From assembly GCA_021399345.1 (NCBI GenBank), contig JAAFKI010000076.1:1-38319 (forward strand): a stretch of 38,319 bases of DNA. The letters run 5' to 3'. Below, piece by piece: positions 9,103 to 18,920 of this stretch. The stretch comes from Candidatus Heimdallarchaeota archaeon. GTDB lineage: Archaea > Asgardarchaeota > Heimdallarchaeia > Heimdallarchaeales > Heimdallarchaeaceae. The notes beneath the pieces are model-generated. The model made no database searches. It had not been told where the DNA came from and saw nothing but the letters and a program-made list of their open reading frames with translations. A program made the position numbers and the translations under genes. Each line of letters begins with the position of its first letter. Positions within the stretch are counted from its first letter, which is position 1.

Positions 9103-9197
9103 TAATTATCACCATATAATACAAAGAAAATAAATTCAAAGTCTTTATATTCTTTACGGAACTACCCTCTTTTTGTTATATAAAATTCTTTCCCTTG

Positions 9198-10106
9198 CTA
9201 TGCTAATAGTGATTTAATGAAACCCGCTAGTTTCTCCTTATTCAGCTTTTCTTTGTTTGTGGAAAAATATTCAGTAATAAGAAAAGCTAATCTTCTAGCT
9301 TCAGGTAATGTTTGCTCATTATCTACAGCTATAGAAATAACATGATCTTTCTCTTCACATATGAAGTAGAAGTAAGGATCAACTTTGATAACTTTGAATT
9401 TATCATGACCAAGAAGTTCATTAGTAAAACCGCTCAATGCATTTAGATATCCAACAAACATTCTCGAATCTTCAACAATGTTGTCTGGATCAAAGAGGTG
9501 TAGAATGTTTCCGTCAACATCTGTAATTAAGAGTGCATTTGGTGTTACTTTCTGAATGTCGATTAGTTGTTTAACCCTACTTACAAACCATTTCATTGCA
9601 TATTCCGTGTTTTTAGCTTCTCTAAAGGATGTCTTAAAGAATTGAAAGGAGAGGTTCTGATACTGAGACATTTTTGTGAGATTTAGAACTTCAATAATTT
9701 CTTCAAGATTCATTGCTTTTTGTAAGTCAGATTTATTAGCTACGAACATTATTACTTTGTCAGAATAGTTGCCTTGCAGCCATTCATCAACCATTATCCA
9801 GAACCATTTAGAAGCTTCTTCAAGCTGTTTTCTATCTGAGGAATCGAGAATAAAAATAATCCCCACAGAAGTCATAACGTATGATTTCCAGATTGTAGAA
9901 CGGAAGGACTTTTGTCCTGAGATGTCGAAAATACTGAAATTTATGTTGCTAATTTTTATTTCTTCAAAATTAACACCAACAGTAGGTTTTGGTCTTGTGA
10001 ATCTACCCTCTTTAATCCAATTCACGAGAGTTGTTTTTCCAACATATGGAAGTCCAATTATGGTTATTGGGATTCCATTTTTGCTCAACTTCTGAATATC
10101 TTCCAT
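9198..10106 (-). CDS. Arf-family small GTPase fused to a C-terminal longin/roadblock-like domain
   Basis: G1 GLPYVGKTT, G2 PTVG, G3 DISGQ, Arf-like FR..W..Y, G4 NKSD. The last ~120 aa (ALLITDVDGNIL..GYLNALSGFTNEL..VISIAVD) follow the longin beta-beta-alpha-beta-beta-beta-alpha pattern. Confidence 0.85.
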   Translation of the reverse strand: MEDIQKLSKNGIPITIIGLPYVGKTTLVNWIKEGRFTRPKPTVGVNFEEIKISNINFSIFDISGQKSFRSTIWKSYVMTSVGIIFILDSSDRKQLEEASKWFWIMVDEWLQGNYSDKVIMFVANKSDLQKAMNLEEIIEVLNLTKMSQYQNLSFQFFKTSFREAKNTEYAMKWFVSRVKQLIDIQKVTPNALLITDVDGNILHLFDPDNIVEDSRMFVGYLNALSGFTNELLGHDKFKVIKVDPYFYFICEEKDHVISIAVDNEQTLPEARRLAFLITEYFSTNKEKLNKEKLAGFIKSLLA

Positions 10107-10137
10107 TCTCTCTCGAAGAACTATCTTTCTGAAAGTT

Positions 10138-12432
10138 TTAAAGATTGAGGAGGAGGTAATCCAGAATTGAAATTATCTCTGAATAAGGAGCTGGTTGTCT
10201 TTTCCTTCTATCCCTAATTGCTTTGCTGTTCTCTCGACAGAACAAAGAAAATGTATATATCATCTGAGGCATTTCTTTCTGTTCTTCCAGATATTCTGTT
10301 ATTTTTCCTAGTGTCTCGCTGACTTCGTAAAAGTTCTTGCTTGATTTAGTATAGTTACTTGAAGCCTTAGATGGTTTCTTTACAATAGCGTAAAGTTCAC
10401 CAAGAATGATCCCTTGTAAACCCTCATACATCTTTTTGATAACAGGTCCAAAGATATTTCTTCTTTTTACAAAATCCCAGTTGATTTCATTTCCCTTGAT
10501 GGAAACATTTTTGCTTGTTGCTATTAATTCTTGAGTATCTAATAATATAAGATCAATTAATTCATGAAATTCAGTCATTTCTGCAAATTGCTTCTCAACT
10601 GCTTCAGCTAGAAATTCTGGTAATTCCTCAGATTCAATTGTAACTCCTATCATCTCTTCGATGAAATTTCTAACTACATTTTTGTATGTACTTTGGAGAC
10701 CTAGTGTTAACAAATTTGATTCAGTTACTATTCCCACAGTTTTAGTCTCTATCATCCTTTCATTAATCAGGTTTTTTAATTCCTTTTCTTGTTTCTTTAT
10801 ACCAACCATGCTTTGCTCTGCTTTCTTGGCAAAATAATGCGCTCTAGAACGTAAAATTAAGTCTAGAACAATATTATTATCTGCAAACAAATAGACCTTA
10901 TTTTCAGAAATCAATGACTTAACGTAGTATCTTATAGAATGAACTTTCTTTCTTTGGTTATCCCTCTCAGGTATAAAAGATGGTAAAAGTTCAATGGCTT
11001 TTTCCAAATATGAGAGCTTCTCGTCAAGTTCTTGTAACTCAGCGAAACTTGCTCTAGGGTTCTCATCATTAACCTTGAGAAAAGATAAATGAATTTCAGA
11101 GAGAGCTGAACTCATAGATTTTAAAGGAAAGCTAAATTGAGAAACAAGTCTATCGATCATGTTCAAATGGGATAAATCCTGCTGGAGTAGTTCATTTATT
11201 ATTGTTGAGGCTGAAGAATATGCTACACTAACCCCATAAATGTAGGGTAATGATCCTGTTCCTTCTATTTCACCAAGTAATTTTTCTATGTCAACACATG
11301 CTTGAAGAGCCTCTTCTGTTTTTTGTTCATATAATTTTTCAACAATAGTAGTGTGTTTTAATCCTAATTTGGTTAAAATATGTAGAATTTTTAATTCTGA
11401 TTCCTCTTGCTGATATTGTTTGTGTATTTTTTGTCCTTCAGGATTTTCTGTTTGTTCTAGAAGAACACATGCCTTCTTATATTCTTTCAATGCTTTTGCA
11501 TAATATTCAGAAGCATGCTTAAGATCCCCACTCTCTAATGCACCATTTGCAAGTAATTTAAAGTGCTGTACGAGAGAAAGAGAACTATGAGCTTCAACTA
11601 TTGGTAAAAATTCCTTTTGAATTGTTATTGCTCGATTTCCTTGAGTTTCAGGGCTTTTGCTCCAAATCTCAACAGTAGTCTCAAAATGTTCTTTAGCATG
11701 ATTCAATATGGATATTTCACTTATAGGATCAGTCCACCAGAAATCTTGTGCAGCCTTCTTAGATACATCAATTATATTTGAAAGTAATGTAACTCCTTGT
11801 AAATAATCATATTCACTTTTAACCATTAATACGCCTAAATCTTTATCACTATCAGGAAGACTATCGTAAATCGGGAGAAGTCTTTTCATATTTTCTAGTT
11901 GAACTAGTGGCATTAACACATTCAGCATATCACCTATAATTGGAGCAGGAGTCAAGCTGGGGGCACTTGCTTCAGGAATCTCATTATTCAGTACTCGATA
12001 GAGAATTTTGTCAATAGATTTTTTTGCAGTAATGTAATATATGTATTGACTAGTTGAAGGAGAAAAACCAAAGACTCCTCTATTTCTCACTTGAGAATAA
12101 ACATACGTAAGTACACCTAATTGCAGCTCAAATTGATTAAGAGCCATTAGTTGGTTAGAGAAATCACCATAAAGAAGATGATGAAGTGGTAAAGGATTTG
12201 TGTTAGATTTCTTTACTTCAAGAAACACGTCATATATTCTCTCAATAGCCATATCCGCCAAACTGTTGATTGATGATAGGTTTTGAGCACATGATTCTGC
12301 AAAGATAACCCAAGCTGTAGAAATTTCCTTAGGTTCATCTAAGGCTGTAAATGAGCGATAAAGGTCATCTCTTTCTAATTCCATTTCTACAAATTTATTA
12401 AAAGGTCTAGTGTCTAGCAAAGAAAGATGCAT
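10138..12432 (-). CDS. large all-helical (TPR/alpha-solenoid-like) hypothetical protein
   Basis: 764 aa with amphipathic helical patterning and TPR-like segments (GDLKHASEYYAKALKEY, KASSNYTKSSKNFY); no catalytic motif seen. Confidence 0.65.
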   Translation of the reverse strand: MHLSLLDTRPFNKFVEMELERDDLYRSFTALDEPKEISTAWVIFAESCAQNLSSINSLADMAIERIYDVFLEVKKSNTNPLPLHHLLYGDFSNQLMALNQFELQLGVLTYVYSQVRNRGVFGFSPSTSQYIYYITAKKSIDKILYRVLNNEIPEASAPSLTPAPIIGDMLNVLMPLVQLENMKRLLPIYDSLPDSDKDLGVLMVKSEYDYLQGVTLLSNIIDVSKKAAQDFWWTDPISEISILNHAKEHFETTVEIWSKSPETQGNRAITIQKEFLPIVEAHSSLSLVQHFKLLANGALESGDLKHASEYYAKALKEYKKACVLLEQTENPEGQKIHKQYQQEESELKILHILTKLGLKHTTIVEKLYEQKTEEALQACVDIEKLLGEIEGTGSLPYIYGVSVAYSSASTIINELLQQDLSHLNMIDRLVSQFSFPLKSMSSALSEIHLSFLKVNDENPRASFAELQELDEKLSYLEKAIELLPSFIPERDNQRKKVHSIRYYVKSLISENKVYLFADNNIVLDLILRSRAHYFAKKAEQSMVGIKKQEKELKNLINERMIETKTVGIVTESNLLTLGLQSTYKNVVRNFIEEMIGVTIESEELPEFLAEAVEKQFAEMTEFHELIDLILLDTQELIATSKNVSIKGNEINWDFVKRRNIFGPVIKKMYEGLQGIILGELYAIVKKPSKASSNYTKSSKNFYEVSETLGKITEYLEEQKEMPQMIYTFSLFCRENSKAIRDRRKRQPAPYSEIISILDYLLLNL

Positions 12433-12518
12433 ATGATAATATATCTTTTAACTTCAATAAGTGTTTTGCAGAATCTTTTATACAAAAAATCTAAATATTA
12501 ACTCTCTAAAACAAAGAT

Positions 12519-13604
12519 GTGAAACCTATAGATTATATTAAAAGGCAAAATATGATTACTGATGTTCTAAAAAATGAAGAAATAGATATGCTGATGGTTC
12601 CTCCTTCAATTAACTTCTTCTATTTGTTTAAAGGGTATTTGGGATTGAGTGAGAGGTTGATTTGTGGGATTCTTTCATCTTCAGAGGATCCTATACTAAT
12701 AGCTCCTTCATTTGAAAAGGAGAACATGCAAATTCAGACTACATTTGGTGAGATAGTAACATGGAAGGAGGAAGAAAACCCATATTTAATTCTAAAGAAA
12801 GCTCTTTCCTCTAGACCAAAGAAGATTGCTTTAGAACCTTCTACTCCTTTTGAAATTTATAAGAGATTGATACATCAGTTCCCAGAAGCTGCTTTTGTTG
12901 ATGCAGGGCCAATAATAAATGAGTTTAGATCAGTAAAAACTGAAGAAGAGATTCAAAGAATGACAAGGGCTTCTGAAGATACAGCTGCCGGTATAGCTTC
13001 GGCCCTTGGGGTTATTCAAACTGGCCAAACTGAATTGGAAATATTGAAAATTGTACAAGAACAAATGGCGCTTATTTCGGGAGAGATGGGATGGGCATTA
13101 GTTCAAATTGATGAAAACAGTGCTGTACCACATGGTAAGCCATCAAAGAAGAAACTGAAACAAGATAGTGTGATTCTTGTTGATGCAGGGACAACATGCG
13201 ACCATTACTTTGCTGATATAACGGTCACAAGTGTTCATGGAAAACCATCACAGGAGTTCCTTGATGTGTATAGTATAGTTGAGGAAGCCAATAATAAAGC
13301 TCTTGAAGTTTCCAGATCGGGGGTTCCAGCAGAACAAGTAGATTTTGCAGCAAGGGAAGTAATTGAAAAAGCTGGATATGGACAGTACTTTACTCATAGA
13401 TTAGGTCACGGTTTAGGGTTACAGGTACACGAAGAACCCTACATTGTCAAAGGAAATAAGAACCCATTGGTTTCAGGAAATGTTCATACAGATGAGCCTG
13501 GAATTTACATTCCTGGTAAATTCGGTATTCGAATAGAAGATGATGTCTTAGTAGGAACTAAATCTAGGCGATTAGTTGAATTCGATAGATATTTGTGGAA
13601 GTAA
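12519..13604 (+). CDS. pepQ: Xaa-Pro dipeptidase/aminopeptidase (M24B)
   Basis: Creatinase-like N-domain; RSVKT.EEI, VPHG, DAG..YFADIT, HRLGHGLGL.VHE.P, DEPGIY and GIRIEDD. Confidence 0.93.
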   Translation: MKPIDYIKRQNMITDVLKNEEIDMLMVPPSINFFYLFKGYLGLSERLICGILSSSEDPILIAPSFEKENMQIQTTFGEIVTWKEEENPYLILKKALSSRPKKIALEPSTPFEIYKRLIHQFPEAAFVDAGPIINEFRSVKTEEEIQRMTRASEDTAAGIASALGVIQTGQTELEILKIVQEQMALISGEMGWALVQIDENSAVPHGKPSKKKLKQDSVILVDAGTTCDHYFADITVTSVHGKPSQEFLDVYSIVEEANNKALEVSRSGVPAEQVDFAAREVIEKAGYGQYFTHRLGHGLGLQVHEEPYIVKGNKNPLVSGNVHTDEPGIYIPGKFGIRIEDDVLVGTKSRRLVEFDRYLWK

Positions 13605-13605
13605 A

Positions 13606-14379
13606 ATGAATTACAAAAACTATGATCAAGTTGCTAGTGTATATGATTTTACACGCAAAATTCCAAACGAATCAATTCAGTTCTTTAAAGAAAAAATATA
13701 CTCATTTTTGGATAACAAATACAGCTCTTCCAATTACAGGATTCTATCTATAGGCGTGGGCACAGGGAGAATTGAATCTTTTATTACTTCTCCAAAACAC
13801 AGTCTTTATGGAATTGACATCTCTACAAAAATGCTGCAAGAGTTCAAGAAGAAAGATACTTCCCCTCCTTGCTATCTTATACAAGCAGATGGTCTATTTC
13901 TGCCCTTTAACAAGAATTTTCACTTAATCACAGCAGTTCATTTTGTACATCTAATCAAGAATTATGAGCAGTTTATTAGTGAAATATCAAAATCTACTAG
14001 TACATTATTAATTGGAAATGCTTTTACTAACGTACTTGACCATCCGTATTATCTCAAATTTAGAGATCTATTGATAGAAAATCAGTGGACAGAACCAAGA
14101 TCTGATGATACTGTTGTTAAGGATTTTCAGCATTTTATGACTGATAAAGGATTTAAACCAAAAATGCATGTATCAAAAGTTGCTGCAGAAATAAAAAACT
14201 TAGAAATTGTTGATAGTTTAATAAAAAGATATTTTACAAGTATGAGGGATATTGATAAAGAAATTTTTAAAAATACAGTAGACGATTTTCAGGAGTATCT
14301 GTTAAGTAGTAATGAGAAAATAAGTGGACTACATTCAACTTATTCTATTACTGAGCTATTCTTTTACGAACTTAATTAA
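13606..14379 (+). CDS. class I SAM-dependent methyltransferase
   Basis: YDQVASVYD, ILSIGVGTGR (motif I), YGIDIS..ML, ADG..LPF. Start moved from TTG 13576 to ATG 13606, just after the pepQ stop. Confidence 0.88.
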   Translation: MNYKNYDQVASVYDFTRKIPNESIQFFKEKIYSFLDNKYSSSNYRILSIGVGTGRIESFITSPKHSLYGIDISTKMLQEFKKKDTSPPCYLIQADGLFLPFNKNFHLITAVHFVHLIKNYEQFISEISKSTSTLLIGNAFTNVLDHPYYLKFRDLLIENQWTEPRSDDTVVKDFQHFMTDKGFKPKMHVSKVAAEIKNLEIVDSLIKRYFTSMRDIDKEIFKNTVDDFQEYLLSSNEKISGLHSTYSITELFFYELN

Positions 14380-14558
14380 CTTTCCAGTTTCTTTTTTCTA
14401 TTTTTCTTTCTTAAGTCCGCAAATGTTATCAAACGGATTAGTTTTACAATTATAACTATTACAACTACAAGAGAACCAATACTTATTGCAAATGAAAGGG
14501 CAATAGGGACTATGATTAAACCTGCTAAGATACCACCTATAATCTTGAGAGCTTTCAT
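14376..14558 (-). CDS. small hydrophobic protein with basic tail
   Basis: 60 aa, long hydrophobic stretch then KKNRKKK; fills the space between genes. Confidence 0.55.
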   Translation of the reverse strand: MKALKIIGGILAGLIIVPIALSFAISIGSLVVVIVIIVKLIRLITFADLRKKNRKKKLES

Positions 14559-14611
14559 GTCTTTCTTTTAAGAGCTCTTGCTTTTATATTTTTCCAAAGG
14601 AAGATGATTTT

Positions 14612-15985
14612 TTAAGGTAAATCATGTTTGTAATGTTTATCTGACTCTAAATACTCTTTTCCATTGAAAATTAGGTATTCGGCATGGACATCATGAATAT
14701 CGCCATATTTTTGATACCAGGGGGATGTCCCCAAGAAAGCCCATTTTTCTGCTGTTTCTGGAAGTATTTTCAGCTTTCTCACATCTTCCTCAGAGTTCTT
14801 TAATGATTCTATTAGAGTCAGAGAAGCTGTTAATATTACAGCTGTGGGGGTTCTTCTAATAGATGAATGATTCCATAGTCTGGTTTTTTTTATTATTATA
14901 TTCACGATTTCGTTTGTGAAAATTTCATTACTAATTTTTGATTTATTAAGGAGTTTTTCAATGATATCCTTAAGCTGCATTTCACTGAAAGGATACTCTT
15001 TAACAATATCATAGATATCAAAATTAGTTCGAGTAAATTCAGGAATGTCTTTACCACCTGAAATAATCCAAAAGAGAACATCTAAATCTGGAAATCTTTT
15101 CCTCAATTTCTCCTTTAGTAGTTCTACATTTATGTCAACTTCATCTAGAAATAGAATAAATTTTGAATTTGAAGCATGAGTAGCTACCCACTTACTAACT
15201 CTGTCTGCATCATTTTCAGGATTAAATTCTATTTCTTTGTACTTTCCAGTATCATCTTTCCAAAACTCTGATCTGTAAATGAAAGGTATTTTTAACTTCT
15301 TACACTCTTTCATAAGAGAATAAATAATTTGAGTTTTTCCAGATCCTCCATATCTGCCATAAATATGCGCGTTATTTTCAGGTTGAATGTTATCCCTAAC
15401 TTCCAGAATTTGTTCCTCAAGTATTTTTACTATTGAATGCTCAACTGTGAAATTATGTCTCATCCAGCAACATTCTGGATCTATTAAAGGTTTGAATTTA
15501 GGGAATTTACTAGCAATTTCCTTTGCTTCGTCATGAGTTAGACCTATGTTAATCTTTACCATATCTTCCTCTTTATGCATAAAAGGGATTTTAGGTATGA
15601 TGTCACTCCCATAGAGAAGTTTTCTGGTTTTTTTCAGATTTAGCTGATCTTCAGGCATTAAACAGTGATTATTCTTAATGTTGATATACCAAAGATTAGC
15701 CATTGTTCGGATATAGCTTCTTGAAAAAGATGAAGCAAAAGAAACCCCACCATCCCACCCAAAATCATCTTGTAGTTTATCATAAACTAAATCTAAGAGT
15801 AGAAGATTCTCTAGACTATAATCTTCATCATTTATAATGATTACAATACCTCTCTTATCCTTAGACCATTTGTCGAAAAAAGCCATCTCTTTGCGAAATT
15901 CATAGATAGCCACCACTTCTGGAACAATTGCTAGTACTTTCTCAATGAAGGAGTTGAGAAGCTCTTCTCTCTCACTCATTTGCAC
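14612..15985 (-). CDS. degenerate nucleotidyltransferase-like N-domain fused to a P-loop (AAA-like) ATPase
   Basis: HIYGRYGGSGKT (Walker A) and ILFLDEVD (Walker B). The N-terminal part (VVAIYEF..GIVIII..KLLYGSDIIPKIP) parallels the neighbouring NTase-like ORF. Confidence 0.6.
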   Translation of the reverse strand: MQMSEREELLNSFIEKVLAIVPEVVAIYEFRKEMAFFDKWSKDKRGIVIIINDEDYSLENLLLLDLVYDKLQDDFGWDGGVSFASSFSRSYIRTMANLWYINIKNNHCLMPEDQLNLKKTRKLLYGSDIIPKIPFMHKEEDMVKINIGLTHDEAKEIASKFPKFKPLIDPECCWMRHNFTVEHSIVKILEEQILEVRDNIQPENNAHIYGRYGGSGKTQIIYSLMKECKKLKIPFIYRSEFWKDDTGKYKEIEFNPENDADRVSKWVATHASNSKFILFLDEVDINVELLKEKLRKRFPDLDVLFWIISGGKDIPEFTRTNFDIYDIVKEYPFSEMQLKDIIEKLLNKSKISNEIFTNEIVNIIIKKTRLWNHSSIRRTPTAVILTASLTLIESLKNSEEDVRKLKILPETAEKWAFLGTSPWYQKYGDIHDVHAEYLIFNGKEYLESDKHYKHDLP

Positions 15986-15989
15986 GCAC

Positions 15990-16889
15990 TTACAAGTTTT
16001 CTATTATATTTCTTAACTCCATAAAAACTCTACTATAATTAGCATATCCACTATCAACTTTGAATAACTCTGTTAATTTAGAGATTGATACACCTTTAAC
16101 AGAAAAAGCCTTTTCTAAGGTGAATAACAATAAATCTCTGCTGTTTTCAACAACCCCCATAACACTTGAGAGAGAAATATTTCTCTGTCTACAACTAGCA
16201 ACTTCTACAACAAAGTCTCCAAGTTTTCCAAAATACTCATTAGAAAACCAATAAGCACCTTTCATTTTCCCAATAATATCCTTTTTTTGGATAGAGTAAA
16301 GGATTCCAGGTAGAGTAAGTATCCAATTTGTCGCAAGGTCATAATTAGGAGAACTAGAATATTGGAAAGGATACAATTTGGTTATTTCCTCAAGTTTAGG
16401 GATTTCTGTTAAAAATTGGTGCCAGAAGCATTCCAATGGAGGAATTGGAAAATTCTTCCTTAAATCTTCACCATAAAGAACTTCTCCTTTATTCATAATT
16501 AGAAAATCATCTTTCATTGACAAGGGATACTTACTAATTAGTTCTTGTTGAAGGTTACGAACAATCATTCCTTCAAAATCTTGATGTGATATTCTAGGAT
16601 TTTCGAGCATTTCTATAGGAACAAAAACAACTTCCAGAATTTTCGCAAAATCCTTATTCATACTTTCAAGTTTTTTGATAATATTGTCTAATTCATCGAA
16701 ATCTTTTTCCCAGAGCGATCGTTCTAAGATAACAATAATATCAATTGTACTATATCTCTTTGAAAAATCATCTAAAACGATATCCCCGAATAGAATAAAA
16801 GACCTAGTTGCTAAAGAAGTAGCAGTGTATTCAACGAAAGTTTTGATGAATCTAGGTAATTCAGGATACCTGTCATAGGTGACCTTCAT
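15990..16889 (-). CDS. Pol-beta-superfamily nucleotidyltransferase-like protein (AadA/ANT-like architecture) with altered catalytic motif
   Basis: ILFGDIVLDDF..YSTIDIIVIL versus the consensus hhGShA.GDF...SDhDhh; GEVLYGED; helical C-domain with IIGKMKGAYW. Confidence 0.7.
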   Translation of the reverse strand: MKVTYDRYPELPRFIKTFVEYTATSLATRSFILFGDIVLDDFSKRYSTIDIIVILERSLWEKDFDELDNIIKKLESMNKDFAKILEVVFVPIEMLENPRISHQDFEGMIVRNLQQELISKYPLSMKDDFLIMNKGEVLYGEDLRKNFPIPPLECFWHQFLTEIPKLEEITKLYPFQYSSSPNYDLATNWILTLPGILYSIQKKDIIGKMKGAYWFSNEYFGKLGDFVVEVASCRQRNISLSSVMGVVENSRDLLLFTLEKAFSVKGVSISKLTELFKVDSGYANYSRVFMELRNIIENL

Positions 16890-16982
16890 AGATTAGTATT
16901 TGTGTATTTCAATATTAGCTTTTCGAGAGTGACAGCTCAAAAATGAGAATAAAAGGAAGGAAAAAAATAGAAAGAAAAGAAA

Positions 16983-18791
16983 TTATACAGTATCGATTAC
17001 AAATGTTTCCCAGCCTGTGAAGGCAACACTTACGATATACAGTGATATTGTGAATGTTACTGTAGTGGGTTTATCACCATAATCAAATTGTATAGTTATG
17101 TGATGGTCTATTGCATCTGTGATGTTCATTCCACCTTGTACTGGAGCTACATTGTACTCAGCATCTTCAGCATAGGGTCCTCCAGCTGAATCAAGCCAAT
17201 ATTGACCAAATGTATCATCATAAACTGTATACAATAGATCGATTCTACTACTGCTTTCCCAATTGATTTTTATTTTCTCGATTGTGAGTGTAGTTGATGG
17301 AATCAAACTTTCAACATAGAAACTTAGTAATCCTCTTCTTCTAAAGAAGAACCCACCTCGTCCATCTGTTGCAGTTGCTCCATAAATACCTGCAACATCA
17401 TTATCAACTTCAACTAGATCAAGTATAGCTGAGTTTCCATTATTATTGGAGGATGAGTCATAAACTTGAGTAACAAGAGTATAGTTATCATCTGGAAGAA
17501 CAAAAGTATTGAATTCTAGTACCCATTTCTTCTCGAAAATGTTGTAACTTGCTTCTTGACTAACACTTTGTTGATATAAGTAGTAATAATCTGAGCTAAG
17601 ACTAAAGAAGTATACATCAAATCTAGAAGTATCGATTCCTGAAGCGTCATCTGCATATACTTCTATGAGGATATCTTCCGATTCATGAGTGTCATTAGCA
17701 GGAGAGATGAAGTATGTAGTGGGACCAAAAATATCAACTAAAGCGAATGATTCTCCTGAACTGTTCAAATTACCAACTTCATCTTTAACGTATAATGTAA
17801 CAGCAAAATCATCTTCTGCCATTGTAGCTGTTTCTGCACTTGTAATTAAATAATCAGTTACTGCTGTGGTAGTTGATGTAAATAGTGTATCAGCACCATA
17901 TGCATCCCCAGATAAAACTAGTGTCTGATTAACTAATTGAGCACCGCTTAAATCATCCCAAACCCATGAGATTTGAAGAGCTTCCCCTTGATTTAATGAA
18001 CTAGCATTCAAGCTCAGTGTAACACCAAGTGCATTATTATCTATGTTGAATGTGTTTTTGATAACTGAAGATTGTCCGAGCGAATCATTCACATAAAATT
18101 CTATTGCATATCCACTATCATCTGTGTAACTTGCTGAATCTATATTATAAGCCAAGGGTTGATCATTAAGAAGAATTGTTTGATCTGTGTCTATGAAATC
18201 ATAAGTAACTCCTGATGGTTTAAACCCTCCAGAAGTTATAACTTGAGGATCAATAATTCCTTTAACCCAACTTCCATTTATTGGATTAAAGACAGTCATT
18301 ACTAAAGGGTCGATTCTTACAGCAGAATTCAAGTTTTCTTGAGCTACCGATGTAGTTCCATCGGCATATGTTAACATGAGTCTGAATACGTTATCACCTA
18401 CAGCTATAACGCTTGAAGAATCAAACGAAATGGCTATATCAGCTCTAGCAGTAACATCCATCGTTAGTGGCAATTCCTCTACCACTAAATAGGAATTATT
18501 AATTACTGTCCTATCAGCAAGAACATCATTATCTATTGTTAGGGTAATGTTATTAATAGTAGCACTTGCTGACCCCGTATTCTGTAAAGTTATATAAACT
18601 AAATCTGCGACATCGTCTCCATCACTATCAAACCATTGAGTTGTGATAAAATTCACACTTGCACTCCCTTTCAGTAATGGAACGACAATAAAATACACCA
18701 TGGCGCTAGCTGCTACTACTAAACTAATGAGTAGAACTGTAGCGATAACTGGTGAAACTGCTCTTTTTGCCTTTCTGAAATTAATCTTCAT
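16983..18791 (-). CDS. large archaeal type IV pilin-like/adhesin surface protein with Ig-like domains
   Basis: Class III signal peptide KRA|VSPVIATVLLISLVVAASAMVY, LQNTGS pilin motif, acidic Ser/Thr beta-rich body, many N-x-S/T sequons. Confidence 0.85.
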   Translation of the reverse strand: MKINFRKAKRAVSPVIATVLLISLVVAASAMVYFIVVPLLKGSASVNFITTQWFDSDGDDVADLVYITLQNTGSASATINNITLTIDNDVLADRTVINNSYLVVEELPLTMDVTARADIAISFDSSSVIAVGDNVFRLMLTYADGTTSVAQENLNSAVRIDPLVMTVFNPINGSWVKGIIDPQVITSGGFKPSGVTYDFIDTDQTILLNDQPLAYNIDSASYTDDSGYAIEFYVNDSLGQSSVIKNTFNIDNNALGVTLSLNASSLNQGEALQISWVWDDLSGAQLVNQTLVLSGDAYGADTLFTSTTTAVTDYLITSAETATMAEDDFAVTLYVKDEVGNLNSSGESFALVDIFGPTTYFISPANDTHESEDILIEVYADDASGIDTSRFDVYFFSLSSDYYYLYQQSVSQEASYNIFEKKWVLEFNTFVLPDDNYTLVTQVYDSSSNNNGNSAILDLVEVDNDVAGIYGATATDGRGGFFFRRRGLLSFYVESLIPSTTLTIEKIKINWESSSRIDLLYTVYDDTFGQYWLDSAGGPYAEDAEYNVAPVQGGMNITDAIDHHITIQFDYGDKPTTVTFTISLYIVSVAFTGWETFVIDTV

Positions 18792-18920
18792 ATATATACC
18801 TCTAAACGGTCACTATACATACTACAATTTTGAAGGTAATAAATTTTATTGAAGTCCTAGTTAGAAAATATACATAACGAATGACTTATATTTCCACTTT
18901 TAACATCGGCAATTGAGAAA

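Noticed and set aside
15990-16889. CBASS cyclase or MNT-HEPN toxin-antitoxin call
   Set aside because: The catalytic motif is altered, and no HEPN RxxxxH partner or recognisable CBASS effector is adjacent.
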